Positions 16,316-27,460 of a stretch of DNA of 64,000 nucleotides are shown here, piece by piece (position 1 is the stretch's first letter; every line of letters starts with the position of its first letter). Location: the NCBI RefSeq assembly GCF_009914755.1, contig NC_060936.1; one strand, 5' to 3'. The notes below the pieces were generated by a model. It saw nothing but the letters and a program-made list of their open reading frames with translations. It had not been told where the DNA came from and ran no database searches. This DNA is from the human T2T-CHM13v2.0 reference genome, Homo sapiens. The translations under genes and the position numbers were made by a program.

Positions 16316-17034
16316 TAAATTGACTTTCATCATTAACTTTGTATATAAATAGGCTGGCAGTTCTTAAAATATCTTAGGATTTTTTTTTTCTGTAAAATAC
16401 AAAGATTGACAGAAATATATTTAAATATAGCTAACAACGTTAAGTTAGTGAGGCTTAACTTTTTCCCTTTCACCAATCTTCAAAATGTTTTAAAAATAAA
16501 AAGAAACCAGTTAAAGTGTTTTTTTTTCCCAAGGGAGAGGATAATATATTAGTAATTCCAAGAATTTTAAAGCAGATATTAGGCATTTAAAAAAAAAAAA
16601 ACAATAGTTGGACACGAGACTTCCAAAGTACGGTCATTTTCAAAGACCACACAACTGAAAATGAAAAATACATATTTCCAAATGTCAATATTGTGTTTAA
16701 AAGGTAAGAAAGATAAAACTATCTCCACATTCTGGTCATTAAAAGCTGATCCACAAGTGGTTTTCTACCCCCCTAAAACACATAAATACAATTTTTAACA
16801 AAGACTGGATAAGAACTCTTGCTTCTCACACAAACCCCCAACCACCATCAGTAGTCCATGATTTTGTTTGAGGCAAGGTTTCAAGTGAACTAATCATCTA
16901 TTCCTAAGTTGTTCTCACCAAAACGTGTGTATCACATATGTTAAGTGGAAAAGTAACATTAAGAATGGGAGTAAAGTGAATCTTAACAAATGTTCAATTA
17001 CAATAGGAGAAACAAAGGCTACCAGGAAGCATAC

Positions 17035-17283
17035 CTGTGGCAGGGCTGAATTGAGCTGTCTCTGGAGTGAGTCTCGGTCATAGATGACATCCTGAAGTCT
17101 TTGCTGGGCAAGTGAGAGGCTTTCCTGGGTCTCCCGAAGGGTGTCTAGAAGACGATCCCTTTCATCTAGCATATTCACCATCAGCTGCTCAAAATGGGAG
17201 TCTGAGTCCGAGCCACTGCTTTGGGACCCCCTTTGGCTCATTGGGGTGTCCTCATTAATCGTGGGCATCACTTCACACATCAT
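17035..17283 (-). CDS. PPFIA2: Liprin-alpha-2, first coding exon (aa 1-83, start of the N-terminal coiled coil)
   Basis: Translation [83 protein letters not shown] is recognised as the liprin-alpha-2 N-terminus. Acceptor ...cttactttctttaag|CAATG (exon starts at 17285) and phase-0 donor CAG|GTATGC at 17035/17034. Confidence 0.97.
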
Positions 17284-20200
17284 TGCTTAAAGAAAGTAAG
17301 TGGGAAGGAGTCTTAGTAAAGAAATGATTTCCAATAATTTCATTTGGAGAGCAATTCACTAAATATTTTTCAGCTTATTAGCCTATTTGTCTCTATTTCC
17401 CCTACCTGTTGCCCCAAATCCAGCCAAGCAAAATGTTTTGACCTCAATGAAATATGATCCATTTACTTCCTTCAGCCTAAGTGCTTTCTCTTTCCATGAC
17501 ATCACATTTATCCCACCTCCCATATGCAACTTGGTTTCACCTGTTTCTCAAAATTGTTGTTCATGATTTATCCCACCTAATTCAATTTACATAAACATGT
17601 GATTTCTATTATTATTTCATCACCTTTCTTATCTGCAAGTTTACAAATCTCTTACAGCGAATACTTTTATGTTACCCTTATTTGTTATTACTGTATATTA
17701 TTAATGGCAAGCACAGTGTCTGGCATTTAACGGGTAGGAAGTAAATGACTTGAATGACTTAGGTAATTCAATGATTTAAAGTTTACTCTTTCTTGTAGAA
17801 AATATACAAATCATTGAGTATTTATTTTATATAATAATCAGCTTTTACTTTGTTTTTTAGTCAACCGATTTTTTTCAAACTGACTAGTTTTAAGCTTTCT
17901 GACATTACATTTTCCATTTTATTACTTTTATATGCTCTCTCCCTGAATTCCTACGTGGTCTACCCAGAGCAGATAAGTGATACTGACTGAATTAGACCAA
18001 AACCTTATGAAATAAACTGAGGTATATAAATTTGTTTAGAGCATTATACTCATCATTACACTTAATATTCCCTTTTTCCTGTTAACTGCATGGTCTGGTT
18101 TTCATCCAAACAATACAAACTAGCACTCTTTCAAATATTCCGCAAAACAGATGTCATAAATTATATTAGCTAATGTAGTAACTTCACATCTCAACCGCCA
18201 ATCACAAGTTCTCAGTCATGAAATAAACGAACTGTTTTCAGAATATTTTTAAATTTGATTTAAAATAGACAAAACACACTTAGGTGCATGATTGAACAAT
18301 TATGTGGCAACTTAAAAATCAGAAATTATCTCATTTTCTCTTTCATCCTCTAGCTAATGTTTCAAAGAAAAGTCAAACTCATCTCAATTTTGGTTGTTGT
18401 ACTATGGCCAGCAGCTATTAATTAGATGGCTTGGTTTTGCAAAAGGCTGATGTAAAGAAAGGCAGGTTTGGCTGTTGATCCTGAAGCACTGTTTGGTTTT
18501 ATAATGCAAGGTTAATTAATTTTTCTGCCTATACATTCCTGTCCTTGGGGAAAATATTTCTGGTGATATTTTCAAATAGAATGTCAAGATTTAACAGCTC
18601 AATATTTAATTACTTTTTATGTGAGTCTTCATATAAATTGGGTTATTGAGGAGCGAAATTCAATTATCTGTGAATGATCTGGTCAGGGACTCCTGAAAAC
18701 TAAGAAAAACTTTTAAAAAGTATGTAAGTAAAGTATTTTGTGATTGATAACCTATATTAAAAAATTAAGGGGGTCATTGAACATTAGGAAAGTTTTAAAC
18801 GCTTTGAAGTTTTGCTCATTGCTCATAACACTGAGCTACCTGAAGGCAGGAATTTAATTTGTTCAATTTTGTATGCACACTAAAATATATAACAGAGAAC
18901 ACACATAAAATGAATATAAGCACATACACCCTGATACCCACACTTGATACTACTGTTACACACTTAATGGATAAAACTGTTTCTTGCATTTATCTCAATT
19001 TGATTTTCATTCAAAGACTATCACAAAGATGGAAAATACAGACTCTTTTTAGATGCTTCAAATTTTCTTTATATTAATTGAAAAGGAATTGGAAAACAAC
19101 AAAAAGTGTTCCAACACATTTGATTATTTAAAACGATTAGTTAGCAGGCCATGCATGAAATCTACACATTGAGCCGCTATGTCATTCTGAGAAATGATTA
19201 CCAGGAGCCAATATGTTTACTTTTGACATTTAAGGTTAAAACAAAGTACTGGGAGAGCAAATCATAGCATCGTGACAATTTGTGCCCAAACACTCACAAC
19301 GTTAGGGTTACCTATAGATTTAAATTCTTAAATCTATATTTTAAATTACGTCCTTCTTGAATGAAAGTTATTAATCCCTTTCCACCCTGAATCACTCAGA
19401 ACAACTTTAAATTCCAAGGCAAAGCATAACAGCAGTGAATACCCCAGTATAATTTTCACCTGAAAATAATATCCTAACAATCCCTCATTGTTACCATGGG
19501 ATATAAACATTCACAAACTTTAGGGTCTTAAATCAACATTAAAGGTAGTCTTCGATTTAGTCAAAAGATGCTATGATGAAAAGTGGCTTAGGGACTTAGA
19601 AAGTCTATTAAATCTACACTCAAAAGAACTTGATTTGATTCCACTCCTAAGGCAGGTGAACCAGGACAAGTTACTTTACATGTTAAAACTTTAGTTCTCT
19701 CTTTCATGAAAGAGGGCCAATAATCTATGCTTAGAGGAAAAAAAAGAAAATATATAATAGGTTACCTGACTGAGAACACACAGCAAAACATATAAAGGGC
19801 AATTACAAATGTAAGTATTAATTTCTATTATAAAGTGATCAACATTAATCTTTGTAGAAACAATATTTTACCTTTACGACTCATTCTGCTGCTGTAAAGG
19901 TTTAATTCTAGTAGATACTTTTGAACTCTTCAAATCCAATTTATAAAAATCAAATTATGCAAAATTTACTTAGGAAATAAGATGAATATATGCTGCTTAT
20001 ACCTTGCAGTCAACCCAAATGAGTAAATCCAAAGTCTTCTTATCAAAATTAGAAAAAAATAGTCTACAAAAAAATAAGGCCACTTTCATGAACTAGCTTA
20101 GTTTCTTTCATTAGAATTCAGATTCTAACATAAATTACAAAATATTTGATTAATCCTTAAAATGCAGTATAACATTTCTTAAATGCACATTTTGCACATT

Positions 20201-21461
20201 TTAAGTATTAAAAGCAATTAAAGATATATATTCAATATAAGAGTTAAACACCCTTTTAAAAAATGGATGACATCTGAAGCAGCTTGCACAGTCCGGAAGG
20301 CTATGGTCATTCAATGTCTAGTGCGTTTCACCCAGATACATCACTTTTAACTTTTATAATCAGTTTCAATACTAAAAACTGCATTCATCACATAATTTCT
20401 GAAAAGCCAGAAAGGGCATTTTAACAATTTGCCTTGATATTTGCTTTTTCATCATTCCCCCCTCAAAGTCAATTTGATATATAAATTATGTTATCTTCAT
20501 CTAGATATTGATGCTTTCCTCATTAAATTACTGAAGGTTTTGAAACCTAGTCAGAGACATTGTTAATTTTGTTGAGAAAGAAAAAAAGTAATAATAAATC
20601 TGATTGGCTTAATTATCCCAGTGCTTAAATTTAGCCGGAAGAATTTTATATCAGGAAAATAACTCCTTTATTCTTAGCACATAACCTTGACTGTCTTTTA
20701 AATTTCTCAGATTTCAAAATAAAAGTTTGAATGCCCACTGGAGTCCTCACTCAAGGGCTTTCAAGATCCAATGTGTTCCTTAACAATATATGCCATCCAA
20801 GCAGTACCTCTTCAGATATGAGAGTGCTACAAAAAGCTTTTTTTCTTTTTTCTGTCAACAAATGACTTTATTTAATCATATCACTAGGAATTCGGCCCTA
20901 CTAGAGGTAAGAATGTAATTATTATCCATAGTGAGTTTCTTCTGAAAACATTTAGTCTTAAGAACCATCCCAGCTCCACCTCAGTTAACCTACAAGGAGT
21001 AATTCAGTGAGAGAAATCCTAGCCATTGTCTGATTACATTACATGAATATTCTCCCTCCTATTTAACTCTTTGAAAGCCTCTGTCCTCGGGAAATATGAT
21101 TATCACCTTTAATGGACACATTTTACACTTTCTTTACCCTAGTGCATTTATGGACAGCCAGAGCCAGCTCAACCCACACTACTGGACAGTTATCTCTCAG
21201 CCACACCCCCCACCACCTTGAAGAAGTTGACTTCATCATTTCCACACTAAAATTGTTCATCCTGCCCAACAGGACACAGCCAAGTAGGCAGGAGGTAGAG
21301 AGATAGGAGATGGAGAGGATGAGGTGAAAGCAAAAGGCACCTAACGGTAATCAACAAGGAGGAATTTGCATCTCATCTTCCCTGGGGGCGGGGTGGGGCC
21401 GGGGAGGTGGTCAAAAAATACAGCGAAAGGAGACAGTAAAACTCAAAGACAGCTTCTGTAC

Positions 21462-21569
21462 CTAATGTCTGTGATTTCGGGTCCTTGCTTCTTCAATTGA
21501 TCAATGACAACCGCAGTCTCCGGCTTGAGGAGAAGGGAGGCTCACACCCAGCACTCCTGGACCATTTCC
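21462..21569 (-). other. PPFIA2: Predicted non-coding 5'UTR exon 2 of PPFIA2 (108 nt)
   Basis: Minus-strand acceptor cctttctcctcccgttgctag|GG at 21570/21569 and donor TAG|GTACAG at 21462/21461. It lies between the CpG island and the ATG exon. Confidence 0.8.
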
Positions 21570-22770
21570 CTAGCAACGGGAGGAGAAAGGCAGCTCAGAC
21601 ACACGCGTGCCCCGGCGCCCTCCCGGAACGTGCCCCGGCCCGGTGGCGTGGCAGGAGCTCGGCATCTTCCCGTGGCTCCGTCAGCAGCCAAAAGGAGAAG
21701 CGTCCATCGGAAAAATGGCATATTACAAATTTTGCTTTGGGAAGCAAAGCTCGGTTCAGACCATTGTCAAAGGAGGAGAGGGGGAGGCGGCTCTTAAAGC
21801 AGCCGCGGCCCCTTTGCCAGAACAGCCGCAGCTCCCCGCGTGCAGCTGGAGCCCCGGGGCGGAGACCGGAGACCGGGGACTGGGTTTGACTTTCAGAAAC
21901 TTAACCACGCGGCGCCGCTCCCCCTCCGCGCCCGGGCCACCCGGGGTGTGTGGGGCGTCCCTCCAAAAGAAAGCTTGGAGAAAAGGCGTGAGAAGTATCT
22001 GGGAGAGAAGTTCTCCACCCAGTCTCCCCTCCTGGAGCCCCTCTGGAGTTTAAGGCTAACCCTGGGAGTTAGAAACCTAAAGGAAAACGAGTCCCTAGGG
22101 ATGCAAAAAGCAGGACAGGTCTCCTCCTGGCCCCCAGCCTGTTTCCGCGCGCTCCCGTGTCTCGTTTCACTTAAAGGAGGCGCTTTTTCTCTGGAAAGGC
22201 AAACATCACCCCACGCCGTCCCCCGGCCCCCCTTCCCTCCCCCCCGCCGCCCCCCCGCCGCCACAGCACACACACCCATTTTTCTCCTCCCGGCCTTTCT
22301 GCAAGCCTCTTTGCTTGCTTCAATTGGCCGGAAGAACCAACCTGCTGGCAGCCGGTGAGGACGCTACAGCATCTTCTCTCCTCACTTGCCTCGTGCGGTG
22401 GCTGCTACTCCTCCTCCTCCGTCTCCTCCCCTCCTCCTCCTTGGCAGCCACCACCTCCTCTTCCTCTGGAACAAGGGCTTCCCCTGGAAGCTGCTGCAGT
22501 GGTTTCCACCGGCCCTTAAATAAATTCTGAAGTAATCACGTCTTTGCTCTCCTCCTCACGCACACGCGCCCGCGGATACACTCGTCTCCCCCAGAGCCGC
22601 TCCCGGGCTGCCGAGGCTCGCTCTGCTCCCAGTGCCCCCTGCGAAGGCGAGGGCCAGGGATGGGCAAAGTGGGAAGGGGGCACACGCTTCCCCGCCTGGG
22701 CTTCTTTCACACAATGGGCTCTACAGCCTTCGCTTGTGTCAGCCTGCGCTGGTGGGGATGGGAACGGACT
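21480..22770. promoter_or_regulatory. CpG island / PPFIA2 promoter
   Basis: Abrupt GC- and CpG-rich segment in AT-rich DNA, with GC boxes, a TATA-like TATTTAA on the minus strand at ~22516-22522 and a CRE/E-box-like TCACGTC at ~22536-22542. Confidence 0.9.
22342..22415 (-). other. PPFIA2: Predicted first exon (5'UTR) of PPFIA2; TSS position approximate
   Basis: Donor CAG|GTTGGT at 22342/22341 inside the CpG island, downstream of a GGA-rich tract. An alternative donor-like site (CAA|GTGAGG) is at 22386/22385. Confidence 0.6.
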
Positions 22771-23562
22771 TGGGCACCTTTTGGCTCCCCGGTCTTCTGT
22801 GCTTGTCATTTCTTTAAGCAGCTTTCTTCCCACTGGGCCAGGGCATGGTAGTCATGGTTGTAGGGACCTGAGCCAATCTAGGGTGTGGCGGCATCTGTCA
22901 TTTCTCATTACCTCTTCAGTTCTTCTTCATTCATATTGTTTTGGTAATGGGAATTGTATGTTAAGTATTCCCTGCCCGAGTAAATTTTAGCTTTGAGCAG
23001 AGTCTGGTCTCTCCATCGCGCTCCAGTCCCCGTTATATCTCCACCTCCCTTTACCTACCCTCTTTTCTTTCCGTTGCTGCTGTCCATTCATACAGACTGA
23101 GGAAGCAGGAGACAAAATCAGTACCTACTCTGAGCAGAAAGGGAACGTTTCTGTGAGGGAGAGTCACGAATCCTGCTGGGTTTGGTGAAAATGAAGAGGA
23201 CATGCATGAAGGAATTGGAGGATTAAACACTGAATATATTTTGGGGGTTACTGAAAATATTCTGAGTGTGCTACACGAAAGCCAAAAGACGTGTTTTACT
23301 TTTGTGTAACGCCAAGAGTCCAAAGTTAACAAAGAACTAGTATGTAAATAACTGTTCACTTAAAATTAACTACAATATCCAAGAAACAATCTTTGTTTCT
23401 GAGGGAAGTATTTAATTCAGTTAGCGACTTTACAATGGAAAGTGGGGTAAAGCTCATGTATTTACCCAACTTCTATTCTAGACTGTTATTTAAATTTTAC
23501 AACACAACACAATCCTATAAGAAGTATAAAAATAATACGAAAATTCATTAGATGTCAACTGG

Positions 23563-23712
23563 AGCACTATTTCTCAGACATAATGTGCATACAGATCATC
23601 CATGGATCTTGTTAAGTTGTAGATACTGATTCACCAGGAATGGGGTGAAACCTGAAATTCTACCCTTCTAATGACTCCCAGATGGTACTACACTTGAGGA
23701 GGAAGGGTCTAG
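23563..23712. mobile_element. MER5-type hAT MITE
   Basis: tttctcag...gatcttgttaagttgtagatactgattc...ctgaaattctacccttctaa...cacttgag matches the MER5A pattern. Confidence 0.7.
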
Positions 23713-24409
23713 ACCACCCAATCGACCCACAATTTGATGTGGCTTAAATACCCCTAACTACAGGAAACTCTTCACCTCACAGGATAGCCTAGTCTATTTT
23801 CAGACAAACTTCATATTGTAATAGCTTCAACATACTAATCATATATCAGTACTCATAACTTTCACTCTCTAGAATTCTACACAAAACATAAAAATTCCTT
23901 ATACATGAGAGATATTCTTATTTTTACATATAGCTATTATGTCTATTTTTACAAGAATTCCTTCCTTATTAAACCTTGGTTTGAATTTCCTTGGCAATCA
24001 ACGTTTGTTAATTACTGGCTCAGATGTTCCTACTGTTTCCAAGAAGAGTTTTGATTTCCTTGAGTCCCATTCGTATGTCAAATACAAGTTTTAATTGTAA
24101 GTATAATCCCCACATACAGTTGACACAGCATAGTTAAAGGCTAACCCATGGTAGGTATCGCAGAAAGAAAAACTTTGATAATGGGAGGCAGAAAAAAATA
24201 TCACGAGTTAAAGGATATTTTGTTAAGAAGATACAGTCTTCATAGTAAATTTCAGCTGAAAAACTTGACATTATCACTGCTAACTTCACTGCAAAGAGTG
24301 TAAATAATATATTAAAACTGAGAAACACTGTTTAAAGTAGCAATTTTGCATGAGGCATTAGGTGAGCCGATTCACATGAGAAGAGTTACCACCTGCACCA
24401 GTTCCTCTA

Positions 24410-24588
24410 GTTTAGGCCCTTAAATTTAGCATACAAGAGACACTCCAGAAGGGCTTGTTACAACACAGATTGCTGGGCCCTATCCTTCGAGTTTCTGATT
24501 CATTACATCTGATTCATTACGTGCCTATTAAGTTCCCAGGTGGTACTAATATTGCTAGGTCAGGGATCCCACTCTGAGAAACACTGTG
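24410..24588. mobile_element. MER5A-type hAT MITE
   Basis: gggcttgttacaacacagattgctgggccc...gagtttctgattca...aagttcccaggtg...cactctgagaaacactg. Confidence 0.8.
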
Positions 24589-24935
24589 TAGATACATCTG
24601 GAGAAATTTGGGAACAAAAGAAGCACAGAGCAAAAAAAAAAAAAAAAAAAAAAAGAACAGGTAAATATTTTTTATTCAAAGAAAAAACATCCCCCATACT
24701 AATATAAATCTGACTCTACTGTTTTTGATGCCCAATGAATTATTAAGATGAGATATGCTTGTCTCCTGAATAGTCAACCAGATTTAAGTAGAAGTAGTGA
24801 AAGCCATTATTAGTCTTAGTGCCTAATATCAATCAAAGTAGTCCACACCAGAATATAATATTATAGTAGCCACATGTACTAATGCTTCTTCTTAACATTT
24901 TATTTTAATTATGAGTTTTTTTGTCTATACACTCC

Positions 24936-25320
24936 TGTGATGGTTAATACTAAGGGTCAACTTGATTGGATTGAAGGATGCAAAGTATTGATGCTGGGTG
25001 TGTCTGTGAGGGTGTTGTCAAAGGAGATTAACATTAAAGTCAGTGGGCTGGGACAGTAAGACCCACCCTTAATCTGGATAGGCACCACCTAATCAGTTGA
25101 TAGTGTAGCTAGAATATAAAGCAGGCAGAAAAATGTGAAAAGACTAGACTGGCCTAGGCTTCCAGCCTACATTTTCTCTTGCACTGGATGCTTCCTGCCC
25201 TCGAACATTGGACGCCAAATTCTTCAGTTCTTGGACTGGCTCACCTTATTCCTCAGTGTGCAGACAGTCTATTGTGGGACCTTGCGATCATGTGAATTAA
25301 TACTTAATAAACTCATATAT
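24936..25320 (+). mobile_element. 5' LTR (MLT2A1-like); its 3' end is displaced by an inversion
   Basis: Aligns by eye with 30801-31195. AATAAA at 25306-25311 is followed by a TA/TG microsatellite. Confidence 0.93.
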
Positions 25321-25325
25321 ATATA

Positions 25326-25356
<31 letters not shown>

Positions 25357-25375
25357 GTCTCTAGCAGGACAGAAG

Positions 25376-25408
<33 letters not shown>

Positions 25409-25496
25409 ATGTCTCTAGTGGGACAGAAGTAATAGGATGTGTATATGTACATATATATACGTATATATGTATATATACGTATATATATGTATATAT

Positions 25497-25731
25497 GTTC
25501 ACACCAAGACTATCAGTGTTCTCCATACTATTATAAGTAGAGTCCTTAGCATTTTGGGGTCTAATCATATTAAGCAGCCAACTCTAGAAGCTCCAAAACC
25601 AATAAAATAACTCCATTCTTAATATTTTGTTCCTCTAAAACCACTCTTGGTACCAAAATCTGTATTAATCAGGGTTCTCTAGCGGGACAGAAGTAATAGG
25701 ATGTGTATATATGTATATATACGTATATACA
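25497..25731 (-). mobile_element. Inverted segment: 5' LTR 3' end, tRNA-Leu PBS and gag start
   Basis: Minus strand reads ...ctagagaaccctgattaataCA|GATTTTGGTACCAAGAGTGG... and then the gag-like ORF MIRPQNAKDSTYNSMENTDS. Plus-strand CCACTCTTGGTACCA (25641-25655) matches the 3' end of tRNA-Leu(TAA) with one mismatch. Confidence 0.92.
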
Positions 25732-25739
25732 CAGGATTT

Positions 25740-27460
25740 CCTGTAAGTAAAGGTGCCAGGTGTCTTGCCAGGTGTCTACTGTTAAAGTGATGTTATTGAC
25801 TGGAAAAGAATAGGACCGCTCAACTTGGAATGGGGATCTCTGGAGGGACCCTGATAAAGCAGGGGACACTGAGTTTGTGAACTCTGATGAATCTTTTTTG
25901 CCAGAAAAACAGCTTCTCCATCCCCAGTAGTGGCAACATCCACTCCCTGACCCATGATGCAGTCAGCCTTTCCATCTTTGTCTGAGGAGATGGAAGCTGC
26001 ACTGCCTGAGGCAACAGTGATGGCCTACCCTGAGGCAGCTGCCAGGCAAGATAATGTTGATTTTCCTCAGAAGCCACCCCCAACGCCCATTTGCTTCTAG
26101 ACCTATAACTGGACTAAAGTCCCAGGGGGCCCCTAGAGGTGAGGTTGAGAGCATGACCCATAAGGAGGTGTGCTACACTAGAAAAGAACTGCCTGAGTTT
26201 TCTAATTTATGTAAGCAGAAATCTGGAGAACAGGTATGGGAATGGATATTAAGGGTTTGGGATCATGGCAGAAGGAACATAGAGTTGGATCAGGCTGAGT
26301 TTATTGATTTGGGCTCACTAAGTAGGAACTCTGCATTTATTGTTGCAACTTGGGGAGTTAAAAAAGTTCTAATAGTTTATTTGCTTGGTTAGCTGAAATA
26401 TGGATTAAAAGATGGCCCACTGTGAGTGAGCTGGAAATGCCTGATCTCCGTAGGTTTAATGTAGAAGAAGGGATCCAAAGGCTTAGGGAGATTGGGATGG
26501 TGGAGTGGATTGGTCACTTTAGACCTACTCATCCCAGCTGGGAGGTCCAGAAGATACACCCTTGACCAATGCTTTGCGAAATAGATTTGTGAGGGCAGCA
26601 TCTGCATCTTTGAAGAGCTCTGTAATTGCTCTTCTCTGTATGTCAGATATAACAGTGGGAACTGCAGTCACTCAACTACAAAATTTAAATACAGTGGGAA
26701 TAATTGGATCCTAAAGAGGGGCCAAGTGGCAGCATTCAACCATCAAAGGCAAGGTGGGCCTGGCTACCATAATGAACAGCAGAGGCAAAGCAGCAATCAG
26801 AAGAGTCTGACTTGTGTAAGGCTCTGACATTGGCTAACTAATCACGGTGTTTCTAGAAGTGAAATTGATAGGAAGCCTACTGCATTCCCACTTAATTTAT
26901 ACAAGCAGAAAACTTCCAGGTTGAATGGACAAAAGACTAATTTGAATTATAAAAACAGAGAATCATGGTCCCTCTATCAATTTCCAGACTTGAGCCAGTT
27001 TACAGACCAAGGACCCCTTGAATGGAGGGGAGGCCATGTCCCCTTGAGGAAGGACCCCACTACACTACCGACAATTTATGCTGTTAATCTTTCTCCCATC
27101 CTCTCCCAAGGAGAACTCTGGCCTTTTACCAGAGTAACTGTGCAATGGGGAAAGGGAAATGATTAGACATTTTGGGGACCACTGAAGACTAGCTTGAGCT
27201 GACATTGACTCCAAGGGACCCAAAATGTCATTGTGGTCCTCCAGTTAAAGTAGGGGCTTATGGAGGTCAGGTAATTACAGGAGTTTTAGCTCAGGTCCAA
27301 CTTACAGTGGGTCCAGTGGGTCCAGAGACTCATCCTGTGGTCATTTCCCCAGTGCCAGAATGCATAATTGGTATAGACATACTTAGCCACTGGCATAACC
27401 CTCACATTGGCTCTGTGACTGGTAGGGTGACAGCTATTATGTTGGAAAATACCAAATGAA
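25740..27460 (+). pseudogene. HERV-L gag (5'-deleted) and protease remnants
   Basis: Fragments YTRKELPEFSNLCKQKSGEQVWEWILRVWD and GPPVKVGAYGGQVITGVLAQV...ECIIGIDIL, broken by stops and frameshifts. Confidence 0.85.

Noticed and set aside
21548-21565. RE1/NRSE (REST)-like CCAGCACTCCTGGACCA
   Set aside because: Half-site spacing and the right half (GGACAG) deviate from consensus, so it is not supportable without ChIP data.
21485-22990. Many overlapping 60-170 aa ORFs on both strands
   Set aside because: Expected from stop-codon scarcity in a CpG island. They are low-complexity Pro/Arg/Gly/Ser text with no recognisable domain.
25315-25500. CRISPR-like repeat-spacer appearance of TCTCTAG..GGACAGAAGTA units
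   Set aside because: Eukaryotic DNA. The units are inverted LTR-end copies and the 'spacers' are TA/TG microsatellite.
25637-25655. tRNA-Leu 3'-end match suggesting a tRNA gene
   Set aside because: Only ~15-19 nt including CCA. It is the inverted retroviral primer-binding site, with no cloverleaf.
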